Source: an uncultured Acidimicrobiia bacterium (GTDB lineage: Bacteria; Actinomycetota; Acidimicrobiia; Acidimicrobiales; JACDCH01). Taken from it: a stretch of DNA of 64,000 nt. The notes under the pieces were generated by a model. The model did no database searches and had not been told where the DNA came from. It worked only from the letters and a program-made list of their open reading frames with translations. The stretch covers positions 427,543-491,542 of the forward strand of contig CAWDIH010000002.1 of assembly GCA_963802415.1 (NCBI GenBank), read 5' to 3'. Position numbers and translations under genes: made by a program. Every line of letters begins with the position of its first letter. Position 1 is the first letter of the stretch. Below, in pieces: positions 46,373-55,874 of the stretch.

Positions 46373-47752
46373 ATGACGGTGCCGGTCGACGCGTTCGACG
46401 ACTTCGTCTCACTCGAGCGCGGCGAGGTGGATCGCCGGATCTACAGCGACCCGGAGATCTTCGAGCTCGAGATGGAGCGGATCTTTGCCCGGGCGTGGCT
46501 GTTCCTGTGCCACGAGACGCAGATCCGGAACGCCGGCGACTTCTTCCAGTCGGTGATGGGTCGCGACAACGTGCTCGTCGTGCGCCAGAAGGACGGCCGC
46601 GTCCGCGCTCTGCTCAACACGTGCGCGCACCGGGGAACGCGGTGTGCCGAGCGGAGGAAGGCAACGCCAAGAGCTTCCTGTGCACGTACCACGGCTGGTC
46701 GTACGGCATCGACGGGACACTCAAGGGTGTCCCGGGATTCAAGAACTTCTACGACGGTGAGCTCATCAAGGCCGAGCACGGGCTGCCCCCTGTCGCGCAG
46801 GTGGCGAGCTACAAGGGCTTCGTCTTCGGGACCAACGATGCGACTGCACCGCCGCTCGAGGAGTACCTGGGTGCCGCGGGGCGCCTGGGACTCGATCTGC
46901 TGGCGTGTCGAGGCGACATGGCTGTTGTGCCAGGCATCCAGAAGTTCGTCATCGATTGCAACTGGAAGTTCGCGCTCGACAACCTGTTCGACTGGTACCA
47001 CCCGCAGGTCACGCATGCGTCGGCCTTCCAACCCGGTGTGTTCGGCGGCGACGGCGCCGACGCGGGCATGGCAGGTTCCTCCGCCGAGACCATCGACCTG
47101 TCCGGTCTGGAGATGCAGAGCGGCGGGTCGCTCGACATCCCGATCGGCGGCATCACGGGCACGAAGTTCGACCAGGTCGTCGTGCTCGGGGAGTACGGCC
47201 ACGCCATCGGCGGCCCGCGCGCCGGCTCGTCGGGCGATGTCGACTTCGATCCGTCATGGCGAGACAACCCCGAGGCGCGGGCAGCGCTCGGTCCGGTGGG
47301 CATCACCGTGGCCGGTCACCCGAGCATCTTCCCGACGACGTGGGTCACGACGACGAACCAGATCTCGTTACGCATCCCACGCACACCGACCTCGACGGAG
47401 ATCTGGTGGTTCTCGTTCACCGATCAGACCCAGCCGAAGGAGGTGCGGGACTTCTTCACCACGATGCAGATCCGCATCTTCGGACCGGCAGGCGTCCTCG
47501 AGCAGGAGGACGGTGAGAACTGGGGCCAAGCGACGAAGCAGACGCAGCGGCGTCGCGTCGCGGCGCGTCAAGCACCTCGTGAACATGGGCGTGGGCCGCG
47601 GCAAGGTCATCAAGGAGGACGGCCTTGCCCACATCGACGGCCTCACGAGCGAGTACGGCCAACTGTGGACCTACCACTCGTGGGCGCAGTGGATGAAGGG
47701 ACTCGGCTGGGACGAGTTGCGCGACGTGACCATGCCGCCGGACGTCATTTGA
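46373..47752 (+). pseudogene. Rieske aromatic-ring-hydroxylating oxygenase alpha subunit, two frameshifts (~46634 and ~47548)
   Basis: CAHRG is in frame A. NAVCRAEEGNAKSFLCTYHGW (completing CxH...CxxH) and DNLFDWYHPQVTH (DxxxDxxHxxxxH) are in frame B. The C-terminus GVASRRVKHLVNMGVGRG...PPDVI returns to frame A. Confidence 0.85.
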
Positions 47753-47765
47753 GAGGGAGGGGGAG

Positions 47766-48311
47766 ATGGCGATCGACACGACGGAACCGGTGAGCGAGAA
47801 CCGCGTCGCGGCCATGGTGCGTCAGCATGAGGTCGAGCAGTTCCTCTACGACGAGGCCGCCCTCCTCGATGGCCACCATTACGAGGAATGGCTCGACCTG
47901 TTCGCGGACGACGCGTCGTACTTCATGCCGATCCGGCGCACGCGGCTGCAGGGCGAGGTCGACCAGGAGTTCACCAAGCCGGGCGAGATGGCGTTCTTCG
48001 ACGACACCAAGCCGCTGCTCGCGGGGCGGGTGAAGAAGCTCATGTCCGGCCGATCGTGGGCGGAGGATCCGCCGTCGCGCACACGCCGGCTGATCACGAA
48101 CGTTCGCGTGCTGGACGACGACGGCGCGCACCTGACGGTCGCGTCGAACTTCTTGCTGTACCGCACTCGACTCAACTCGGAGGAGGACACCTGGGTCGGG
48201 TCGCGGCGCGATGTGCTGCGCCGAGTGGGCGAGTCGTTCCGGATCGCGGCGCGCACGATCTACCTCGAGCAGACCGTGATCCTGTCTCGCAACCTCAGCA
48301 ACTTCTTCTGA
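47766..48311 (+). CDS. aromatic-ring-hydroxylating oxygenase beta subunit (NTF2-like)
   Basis: VEQFLYDEAALLDGHHYEEWLDLFADDASYFMP...RTRRLITNVRV. Confidence 0.85.
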   Translation: MAIDTTEPVSENRVAAMVRQHEVEQFLYDEAALLDGHHYEEWLDLFADDASYFMPIRRTRLQGEVDQEFTKPGEMAFFDDTKPLLAGRVKKLMSGRSWAEDPPSRTRRLITNVRVLDDDGAHLTVASNFLLYRTRLNSEEDTWVGSRRDVLRRVGESFRIAARTIYLEQTVILSRNLSNFF

Positions 48312-48980
48312 TCAGCGGCGACTAGGCCGGCGACTCCGTTGGTGACTCTTCTTCGAACCGGCACGACGCTTGGCGCGGAGTTGCTCGGCGGTGGCGAGCA
48401 CCGCGGTGGCGAGCAGGTCGAAGGCGCCGCTGAGCTCGACCTCGCCGGTTTCCTGCGCCACGAACAACCCGTCGGCCAACGCCATCGTCAGCGTCACGAG
48501 GGATTCGATGTCGTCACCGTCGAGATCGGCGAACAGCGTGGCGTACAGCGTCCGCGCTCGGTCCGACGCGACGCGACGGACCTCGACGAACTTGCGCCGT
48601 GCGGTCGGTTCCTCGGGCCGCCGCTCGAGAATGAGCATCAGCCCCAGACGGAGGAAGTCGGAGAACTCCGAGATCGCCGCACCCGTCCGCTGCATCTGGA
48701 GGTGGAACTGCTGTTCCGCCGTGGCGCCTCGGGGAACGGAGGCCGGTGTGGTCAACGCCGCTTCCCATTGGTTGAAGCTGCGATCGATGACCGCGGCGAT
48801 CAGCTCGTCCTTGTCCTCGAAGTGCCAGTAGATCGAGCTCGCAGGCAGGCCCGACCGCTCACTGATGAGGTTGATGCTTGTGCCTTCGTAGCCCCGTTCG
48901 CCGGCGATTTCCGCAGCGGCGTCGAGGATGCGTTCACGCGACACCTCGCCGTTGGCACGCTTGCGTCTCGCCTCGGCCAC
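48312..48980 (-). CDS. TetR-family transcriptional regulator
   Basis: RERILDAAAEIAGERGYEGTSINLISERSGLPASSIYWHFEDKDEL. Its stop abuts the convergent beta-subunit stop (TGATCA). Confidence 0.85.
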   Translation of the reverse strand: MAEARRKRANGEVSRERILDAAAEIAGERGYEGTSINLISERSGLPASSIYWHFEDKDELIAAVIDRSFNQWEAALTTPASVPRGATAEQQFHLQMQRTGAAISEFSDFLRLGLMLILERRPEEPTARRKFVEVRRVASDRARTLYATLFADLDGDDIESLVTLTMALADGLFVAQETGEVELSGAFDLLATAVLATAEQLRAKRRAGSKKSHQRSRRPSRR

Positions 48981-49010
48981 GCATTGACGTTACCAGCCAC
49001 GCCGACTTAG

Positions 49011-49026
49011 TGTAGCGATCACTACA
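49011..49026. promoter_or_regulatory. candidate TetR operator
   Basis: TGTAGCGATCACTACA is a near-perfect 16-bp palindrome between tetR (48980) and the dioxygenase ATG (49046). Confidence 0.55.
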
Positions 49027-49045
49027 GAAATTTTGGAGCCCGCTC

Positions 49046-49897
49046 ATGATCCGCAACTTGGCGTACATCGGCTTCTGCTCGCCCCACGCGGAGGAGTGGC
49101 GCCGGTTCGGCCCCGAGGTTCTCGGCGCTCAGCTTGCCTCCGACGGTCCTGACGGCGCGGTGCGGTTGCGGGTCGACGACGCGACGTGGCGCATCACCAT
49201 CCACCCGAGCGACCAAGACGACCTCGCCTACCTGGGCTGGGAGGTCGACGACCTCGCCGCGACGATCGCGGCCATCGAAGCCACCGGTACCGCCGTGAAG
49301 GACGACGCGTTCGTCGACCCGTTCGGATTCCGGCACGAGCTCGTCACCGCCATCGAGCATGGTCCGCCGTTCGCGCCTGGACGCCCGATGTCCGGCTTCG
49401 TCACCGGCAAGCAGGGACTCGGCCACGTCGTGCTCATCGTCCCGGACCTCGACGCAGCCGAGGCTTTCTACACCGACGTGCTCGGGTTCCGGCCGTCCGA
49501 CTCCATCGAGTCCGGGCTGAGCTTGCGGTTCCTCCACTGCGCGGGCCACGCTGCGCGCCACCACACCGTCGCATTGGCATCGGTGCCGGGGATGGTCGGG
49601 ATCCATCACCTCATGCTCGAGGTGAAGACCCTCGACGATGTCGGTACCGCCCTCGACGTCGTCAACGCGCGGCACCTCCGGCTCGCGATGACGCTGGGCC
49701 GCCACACCAACGACCTGATGACGTCGTTCTACGTGCGCACGCCGTCCGGCTTCGAGATCGAGTACGGCACCGGTGGTCTCGTGGTCGACGATGACACGTG
49801 GGAGGTCGGCGTCCACGACGCGCAGAGCATCTGGGGTCACAAGCCACCCGCCGAGCCCATGTACCCGGGCATCCTTCATTCCTTCGCCGAAACGTGA
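49046..49897 (+). CDS. extradiol ring-cleavage dioxygenase (type I, VOC fold; BphC/HsaC-like)
   Basis: Two VOC modules: LAYIGF...WRITIHP and LGHVVLIVPD...FLHC...HHTVAL...HHLMLEV...FYVRTPSGFEIEYG. Confidence 0.8.
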   Translation: MIRNLAYIGFCSPHAEEWRRFGPEVLGAQLASDGPDGAVRLRVDDATWRITIHPSDQDDLAYLGWEVDDLAATIAAIEATGTAVKDDAFVDPFGFRHELVTAIEHGPPFAPGRPMSGFVTGKQGLGHVVLIVPDLDAAEAFYTDVLGFRPSDSIESGLSLRFLHCAGHAARHHTVALASVPGMVGIHHLMLEVKTLDDVGTALDVVNARHLRLAMTLGRHTNDLMTSFYVRTPSGFEIEYGTGGLVVDDDTWEVGVHDAQSIWGHKPPAEPMYPGILHSFAET

Positions 49898-49956
49898 GCG
49901 CGGCGCCGCGCGGAGGTCAGGTGCGCACGTGAACGCCGACGTCTAGGAGCATCAGC

Positions 49957-50805
49957 ATGCGTATCCATCGCAACGGTGGCGGCAACCACCACACGATCGA
50001 GTCGGTCCGCGCCGTCGCGCGCGAGGCGGTGGACGACGGTCTTGCGGGCCTCTGGCTCTCGCAGGTGTTCGCACTCGACAGCCTCACCGCGCTCGCCATC
50101 GTCGCCGCTGATGCGCCCGGCATCGAGCTCGGCACGTCGGTCGTGCCGATCTACGGGCGCCACCCGATCGTGCTCGCGATGCACACGCTGACCGTGCAGG
50201 AAGCGACGGGCGGTCGTCTCGTGCTGGGTGTCGGGCCGTCGCACCAGGTCGTCGTCGAGATGCTGTTCGGCGAGTCGTACGCCACGCCGTACTCGGACAC
50301 GGCTGCCTACCTCGAAGCGCTGGGGCCGCTGCTGCGGAACGAGGGCGCCGTACAGATCGACGCGCCGCCGCCACCGGTGCTCGTCGCCGCACTCGGACCG
50401 CGCATGCTGCGGCTCGCGGCAGCAAAGGCCGACGGCGTCGCGCTCTGGATGACGGGACCGAGGACGATCGCCGGGCGCGTTCAGCCGATTGTCGACGGCA
50501 AGCGCATCCTCGCCGGCATCAGCGTGTGCGTCACCGACGACGTCGACGCCGCACGAGCGCGAGCCGCTGCCGAACAGAAGGTCTACGGCACGTTGCCTGC
50601 GTACCAGGCGGTTCTAGCGGCCGAAGGCGTGGCCGCGCCGGAAGACCTGCTGATCGCCGGCACCGAAGAAGTCGTCGTCGACGGCATCGTCGCCTACGCG
50701 CGGGCGGGCGTCACCGACGTGCGCGTCTCGATCATCAGCGGGAACGACGACGAGCACGGCCGAACCCGCGCCTTGCTCGCCGCGCTGCAAATGGAGCACG
50801 CATGA
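49957..50805 (+). CDS. LLM-class F420/flavin-dependent oxidoreductase
   Basis: GLAGLWLSQVFALD...GTSVVPIYGRHP...GRLVLGVGPSH. Confidence 0.75.
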   Translation: MRIHRNGGGNHHTIESVRAVAREAVDDGLAGLWLSQVFALDSLTALAIVAADAPGIELGTSVVPIYGRHPIVLAMHTLTVQEATGGRLVLGVGPSHQVVVEMLFGESYATPYSDTAAYLEALGPLLRNEGAVQIDAPPPPVLVAALGPRMLRLAAAKADGVALWMTGPRTIAGRVQPIVDGKRILAGISVCVTDDVDAARARAAAEQKVYGTLPAYQAVLAAEGVAAPEDLLIAGTEEVVVDGIVAYARAGVTDVRVSIISGNDDEHGRTRALLAALQMEHA

Positions 50806-51953
50806 CCCTCGTCACGATCGCCCAGCGGCTCGCACCCGAACTCGCTGCCGCACGCGCCGAGGGCGAGGACCAGCGGCGTCTGCCCGATGCCGTCTGGAAG
50901 GCGATGCTCGAGTCGGGCATCCTGCGGTCGTTGCAGCCCGCACGGTGGGGCGGTGGCGAGGTCCACATCATCGAGTTCGTCGATGCTGTCATGGAGCTCT
51001 CGCGGGTGGACCCTTCTGCGGGATGGGTGGCCGGCGTGATCGGCGTGCACCCGTGGCAGCTCGCCCTCTTCGACGAGCGCGCCCAAGAGGCGATGTGGGC
51101 CGACGATCCGTCGACGATGCACAGCTCGTCGTACTACCCGACCGGGTCCGCCCAGAAGGTCGACGGCGGCTACCTCGTGTGGGGTCGGTGGTCATTCTCG
51201 TCCGGCTGCGACCACTGCTGCGGCGTCAACCTCGGCGCCGTCGTCCGTGCCGGCGACGTGCCCGATTTCCGCTCCTTCCTGCTCCTACCCCACCAGTACC
51301 GGATCGAGGACAACTGGCACGTCGCCGGCCTCAAGGCGACGGGCAGCAACGACATCGTCGTCGAGGAGACGTTCGTCCCCGACCACATGACGCAGTCGCA
51401 CCTCGACTACGCGATGGGCGCCAACCTGCCGGGTCAGGACCGCAACGAAGGCATCCTCTACCGGCTTCCGCAGTCGGTCGTGTTCAACATGGCGCTCGCG
51501 GCCTCGATCCTCGGCTCGGCTCGCGGGTTCATCGACGCCTGGATCGATCACTCGAAGGACCGAGTGCTGACCGGCGGCGGGCGAGTCGCGGACGAGCCAC
51601 TGAGCCAGCGTCGCCTCGCCGACGCGCTCTGGGACCTCGACGCCGCCATCACCGTGCTGCGCACGGACGCGCAGACGATGTGGGACATGGCCACCGAACG
51701 CGAGACGCCCAGCACGGGCCAGCGCGCTCGCCTGCGATGGAACATGAACCGCGGCTGCGAGCGCGTCGCCGACGCCTGCGTCGGGCTGTACCGGGCTGCA
51801 TCCGGCCGTACCGCGTTCGTCGACCACCCGCTCCACGCCCGGTTCCAGGACCTGCAGACCGGCCTTGGCCACGCCTTCCTCGTCCCCGACCCTCTTGCCA
51901 AGGCCGTCGGCGGTGAATTGCTCGGCACCACCAAACCCGAGTTCGTCCTCTGA
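50802..51953 (+). CDS. acyl-CoA-dehydrogenase-fold flavin-dependent monooxygenase (HsaA/group D oxygenase-like)
   Basis: ATGA overlap with the upstream stop. RRLPDAVWKAMLESGILRSLQPARWGGGE...WHVAGLKATGSNDIVV. Confidence 0.75.
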   Translation: MTLVTIAQRLAPELAAARAEGEDQRRLPDAVWKAMLESGILRSLQPARWGGGEVHIIEFVDAVMELSRVDPSAGWVAGVIGVHPWQLALFDERAQEAMWADDPSTMHSSSYYPTGSAQKVDGGYLVWGRWSFSSGCDHCCGVNLGAVVRAGDVPDFRSFLLLPHQYRIEDNWHVAGLKATGSNDIVVEETFVPDHMTQSHLDYAMGANLPGQDRNEGILYRLPQSVVFNMALAASILGSARGFIDAWIDHSKDRVLTGGGRVADEPLSQRRLADALWDLDAAITVLRTDAQTMWDMATERETPSTGQRARLRWNMNRGCERVADACVGLYRAASGRTAFVDHPLHARFQDLQTGLGHAFLVPDPLAKAVGGELLGTTKPEFVL

Positions 51954-51958
51954 CAACC

Positions 51959-52879
51959 GTGGGTCGTATCGACACGCACAGCCACGTCGTCCCGCCGGAC
52001 TACGCGCACTGGCTGCGCGGCAAGGGTGTCGCCGCCGGTGGGCTGCCGATCCCCGCGTGGGACCCGGAAGCCACGCTGTTCGTGATGGACCGCCACGACA
52101 TCGCGGCTGCCGTGCTGTCGGTGTCGACCCCCGGCGTTCACCTCGGCGACGGTGCGGACGCGCGCGCGATGGCGCGACACGTCAACGACTACGCCGCGCA
52201 GATGACGCACGACCACCCTGACCGGTTCGGGTTCTTCGCAACCCTTCCCTTGCCCGACGTCGACGGCGCGCTCACCGAGCTGGACCGAGCCTTCGACACG
52301 CTCGGCGCCGACGGCGTCGTCCTCCTCGCCAACCACCGAGGCATCTATCTCGGCGATCCGCGCTTCGATCCGATCTTCGACGAGCTGCAGCGCCGTGCCG
52401 CGGTCGTCTTCGTGCACCCGTCGGTGCTGCCGGGCCTCGACGCGATCGAAGGGATCCCGCCGTTCATCGCCGACTTCCTGCTCGATACGACACGAGCTGC
52501 GCTCAACCTCGGCCGCACCGGGACGCTCGACCGGAGCCCCGACGCGCGCTTCATCCTCTCCCACGCCGGCGGAATCGTCCCGTACGCCGCCTACCGCATC
52601 GCGCTCGCTGCGTCCGGCAATGGCGATGTCGCCGAGGGGCTCCGTCTGCTGCACCGGTACTACTTCGACATCGCGCTGTCGGGAACACCGACCGCACTGC
52701 CGAGCCTGCTCGCGTTCACGACCCCTGAACACATCACGTTCGGCAGCGACTGGCCGTACGCATCCGACCTCGTCGTCGCCGCCATGACGCGGATGTACGA
52801 GACGTTCGACCTCGACGTCGCCGCTCGACAGCAGATCGATCGCGGCACCGCCGCGACGTTGTTCCCGAGGTTCGCATGA
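51959..52879 (+). CDS. amidohydrolase-2 family protein (ACMSD/LigW-type decarboxylase or hydratase)
   Basis: IDTHSHVVPPDY, FVHP, ILSHAGG and FGSDWPY are metal-ligand motifs of the family. Confidence 0.8.
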   Translation: MGRIDTHSHVVPPDYAHWLRGKGVAAGGLPIPAWDPEATLFVMDRHDIAAAVLSVSTPGVHLGDGADARAMARHVNDYAAQMTHDHPDRFGFFATLPLPDVDGALTELDRAFDTLGADGVVLLANHRGIYLGDPRFDPIFDELQRRAAVVFVHPSVLPGLDAIEGIPPFIADFLLDTTRAALNLGRTGTLDRSPDARFILSHAGGIVPYAAYRIALAASGNGDVAEGLRLLHRYYFDIALSGTPTALPSLLAFTTPEHITFGSDWPYASDLVVAAMTRMYETFDLDVAARQQIDRGTAATLFPRFA

Positions 52880-53832
52880 TGGCTACGTATCGACATCGGT
52901 TCGGACCGCACAACCCAGCCGAGACCTACCTACCGCACACGTTCCCCGAGCGGCTCGTCGACCTCGGCGAGGTGCAGATGAACTACGCCACACTTGGCGA
53001 CGCGTCGAAGCCCGCGCTGCTGCTGATCCCGGCACAGACCGAGTCGTGGTGGGGCTACGAGCAATCGCTGCCGCTCCTTGCCCAACACTTCAACGCGTTT
53101 GCCGTCGATCTGCGCGGCCAAGGCCGGTCCACCCGGACACCGGGCCGTTACACGCTTGACAACATGGGCAACGACCTCGTCCGCTTCATCGACGTCGTCA
53201 TCGGCAGACCGACGTTCGTCAGTGGCCTCTCGTCCGGCGGCGTGCTGTCGGCGTGGCTGTCGGCGTACGCCAAGCCCGGGCAGGTCATCGCCGCCCACTA
53301 CGAGGACCCGCCGCTGTTCGCCTCCGAGGTGCAGCCGGCGACAGGCCAAGGAGTTCGTCAAGGCATCGGCGCGGTGTTTCATCTCTGGTCCACCCACCTC
53401 GGCGACCAGTGGAACATCGGCGACTGGGACGGTGTCGTAGCCGCCGCTCCCGACATCCTGCCCGCGTGGATGCAGGCGCTGTTCTCTCCACCGGCAGAAC
53501 CGCCGCAGAACCTCAAGGAGTACGACCCCGAGTGGGGGGGCGCGTTCTGGACCGGCTCGGTCGCGGCGTCCTGTGACCACGAGCGCATGCTGCGTTCGGT
53601 CAAGGTTCCGGTGCTGTTGACCCACCACTTCCGCCTTGTCGACGAGCCAACCGGGTTCCTCATGGGTGCGCTCTCGGACCTGCAAGCCAAGCGCGCGCTC
53701 GAGCTGCTGGGCGAGGCGGGTGTCGCCGTCGACTACCGGTCGTTCGAACACATGGGGCACTCGATGCACGGCCAAGACCCGCAGCTGTTCACCGACACGC
53801 TCGTCGACTGGGCGACCTCAGTGGAGCCGTAG
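52876..53832 (+). CDS. alpha/beta-fold hydrolase
   Basis: ATGA overlap with the upstream gene. LLIPAQTESWWGY...DLRGQGRS...FVSGLSSGG (GxSxG)...HMGHSMH. Confidence 0.8.
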   Translation: MMATYRHRFGPHNPAETYLPHTFPERLVDLGEVQMNYATLGDASKPALLLIPAQTESWWGYEQSLPLLAQHFNAFAVDLRGQGRSTRTPGRYTLDNMGNDLVRFIDVVIGRPTFVSGLSSGGVLSAWLSAYAKPGQVIAAHYEDPPLFASEVQPATGQGVRQGIGAVFHLWSTHLGDQWNIGDWDGVVAAAPDILPAWMQALFSPPAEPPQNLKEYDPEWGGAFWTGSVAASCDHERMLRSVKVPVLLTHHFRLVDEPTGFLMGALSDLQAKRALELLGEAGVAVDYRSFEHMGHSMHGQDPQLFTDTLVDWATSVEP

Positions 53833-53867
53833 CCGTGGTTGTCGCGTCATGCGACAGACTGCAGGCC

Positions 53868-55004
53868 ATGTCGATGATCACGCCCTTCGAGGTTCGGATC
53901 TCCGACCACGAGGCGAACGATCTGCGTGAACGTTTGGCACGGACGCGTTGGCCCGATGCAGAGACGGTGGACGACTGGACCCAAGGTGTCCCGCTCGCCT
54001 ACGTACGCGGGCTGTGCGACTACTGGGGTGAGGGCTACGACCTCGAGGCGGCGCAAGCGCGGTTCAACGCCTTTGCGCAGTACCGCACTGCGATCGACGG
54101 ACTTGATATCCACTTTCTCCACGTGCGGTCGCCGCACCCGGACGCGCTCGCCCTCGTGATCACGCACGGATGGCCCGGGTCGGTCGCCGAGTTCCACGAC
54201 GTGATCGGACCGCTGACCGATCCGGTGGCGCATGGTGGAGATGCGAGTGACGCGTTCCACGTGGTGTGCCCGTCGCTCCCCGGCTACGGGTGGAGCGGCA
54301 AACCCGCACGGCAGGGCTGGGGCATCGAACGGATCGCGGCGGCGTGGGCCGAGTTGATGGCGCGTCTTGGTTACACCGCATACGGCGCGCAAGGCGGTGA
54401 CTGGGGTGCGGGAGTCACCGTTGCGCTCGGCATGCTCGATCGCGAGCGCGTTGTCGGCATTCATCTCAACATGGTGATCGCGCTGCCGGACCCGGAAACC
54501 ATGGACGATCTCACGGATCAAGAGCGCGACGCGCTCGATGCGCTCGACTTCTACCAGAAGTGGGACTCGGGATACTCCAAGGAGCAGTCGACGCGTCCGC
54601 AGACGCTCGGATACGGCCTGGTCGATTCGCCGGCGGGACAGTGCGCCTGGATCGTCGAGAAGCTGTATGCGTGGTCGGACTGCGACGGCCATCCCGAGAA
54701 TGTGTTCGGTCGCGATCGAATGCTCGACAACGTGATGGCCTATTGGCTGCCCGGCACCGGTGCGTCTTCGGCTCGGCTGTACTGGGAGAGCTTCAACCGC
54801 ATGCGGATCGACAAGGTCGACATCCCGGTGGGGTGCACGCGATTCCCCAAGGAGATCTTCCGGCCGTCGCGCCGCTGGGCCGACAAGCAGTTCAGCGACA
54901 TCCGCTACTGGAACGAACCCGAACACGGCGGGCACTTCGCCGCGTTCGAACGTCCCGCGATCTACGTCGACGAAGTCCGCGCCGCCTTCCGGGCGATGCG
55001 GTAA
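53868..55004 (+). CDS. epoxide hydrolase (EHN N-terminal domain plus alpha/beta fold)
   Basis: ITPFEVRISDHEANDLRERLARTRWPD...HGWPGSVAEF...GGDWGA. Confidence 0.85.
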   Translation: MSMITPFEVRISDHEANDLRERLARTRWPDAETVDDWTQGVPLAYVRGLCDYWGEGYDLEAAQARFNAFAQYRTAIDGLDIHFLHVRSPHPDALALVITHGWPGSVAEFHDVIGPLTDPVAHGGDASDAFHVVCPSLPGYGWSGKPARQGWGIERIAAAWAELMARLGYTAYGAQGGDWGAGVTVALGMLDRERVVGIHLNMVIALPDPETMDDLTDQERDALDALDFYQKWDSGYSKEQSTRPQTLGYGLVDSPAGQCAWIVEKLYAWSDCDGHPENVFGRDRMLDNVMAYWLPGTGASSARLYWESFNRMRIDKVDIPVGCTRFPKEIFRPSRRWADKQFSDIRYWNEPEHGGHFAAFERPAIYVDEVRAAFRAMR

Positions 55005-55021
55005 CGGGCGGGCGCCCGCAT

Positions 55022-55261
55022 CGCGCACATTGTCGACTGAGCGACCGATTTCGGTGGCTGACCAGACACAGACGATGGATCGCTCGCGTTTGTGTCTGCT
55101 GAGCCACCGTTGTAGTGGCTGAAACGACACAGACCGGCGTGCGCGCGTCTGTGTCTGCTGAAGCACGGTTGCGGTGGCTGAAACGACACAGAGTTCGCGC
55201 GCGACGCGTCTGTGTCGCCTCAGCGACCTGTTTCCGTGGCTGAGGCGACAATGTGCGCGCG
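55022..55261 (+). repeat. palindromic hairpin repeat array, locus D (4 units, both termini present)
   Basis: The left end CGCGCACATTGTCGAC (55022-55037) and right end GCGACAATGTGCGCGCG (55245-55261) are inverted copies. Spacers are 14, 12 and 14 nt. Starts 18 nt after the stop at 55004. Confidence 0.9.
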
Positions 55262-55496
55262 TCGGAAGCGGTGGAACAGGGTCGTGAGCCTGCCCAACCA
55301 GTCGGTGGGATGGAGGTTCACTCGTCGATGCTCGCGGCCGCGAGAGCGGCAGCACCGCGCTCGGGCCTGTCCTGTATCCATTGCACACCATCTTCGGTCG
55401 CGCAGTTGCAGGACGGTTCGTACTCTCTTGCAGGCGACGCCGAGTTGTATACAGTCCGTGCGTGCTACGACCGCCTGAGCTCCCTGGCGATTAGGC

Positions 55497-55874
55497 GTGG
55501 CCTCAGTCGACACCGAGCACCGCCGGTTGTGCCACGCGCTGTTCGACGCACTCGAGCAAGGCGACATCGCCACCGTCGACGCGTGCTACGCCCCCGAGAT
55601 GACCATGTGGTTCAACGTCACGAATCAGGAGTCGACCCGAGAGCAGAACCTCGAGGCGCTGGTCAAAGGCAAGCGCCTCCATCGCCGCCGCACGTACAAC
55701 GACCGAATCATCAGCACGTTCGACGACGGGTTCATCGCGCAGTACACGTTGAACGTCGTCGCGCACGACGGTTCGACGGTGTCGCTGTCGGCGTGCCTCG
55801 TCGGTGAGGTCCACGATGGCAAGATCGTGAAGCTGTACGAGTATCTCGACTCGGGAAAGTTCGTGTCCCGCTGA
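55497..55874 (+). CDS. NTF2-like (SnoaL-like) protein, paralog 1 of 3
   Basis: LCHALFDALEQGDIATVDACYAPEMTMWFNV...RRRTYNDRIISTFDDGFIAQYTL...YEYLDSGKF. Confidence 0.75.
   Translation: MASVDTEHRRLCHALFDALEQGDIATVDACYAPEMTMWFNVTNQESTREQNLEALVKGKRLHRRRTYNDRIISTFDDGFIAQYTLNVVAHDGSTVSLSACLVGEVHDGKIVKLYEYLDSGKFVSR

Noticed and set aside
53847-55391. A 514-aa minus-strand ORF spanning the epoxide hydrolase gene and repeat locus D.
   Set aside because: It is antisense to a strongly supported epoxide hydrolase and translates the repeat array. It has no family motifs.
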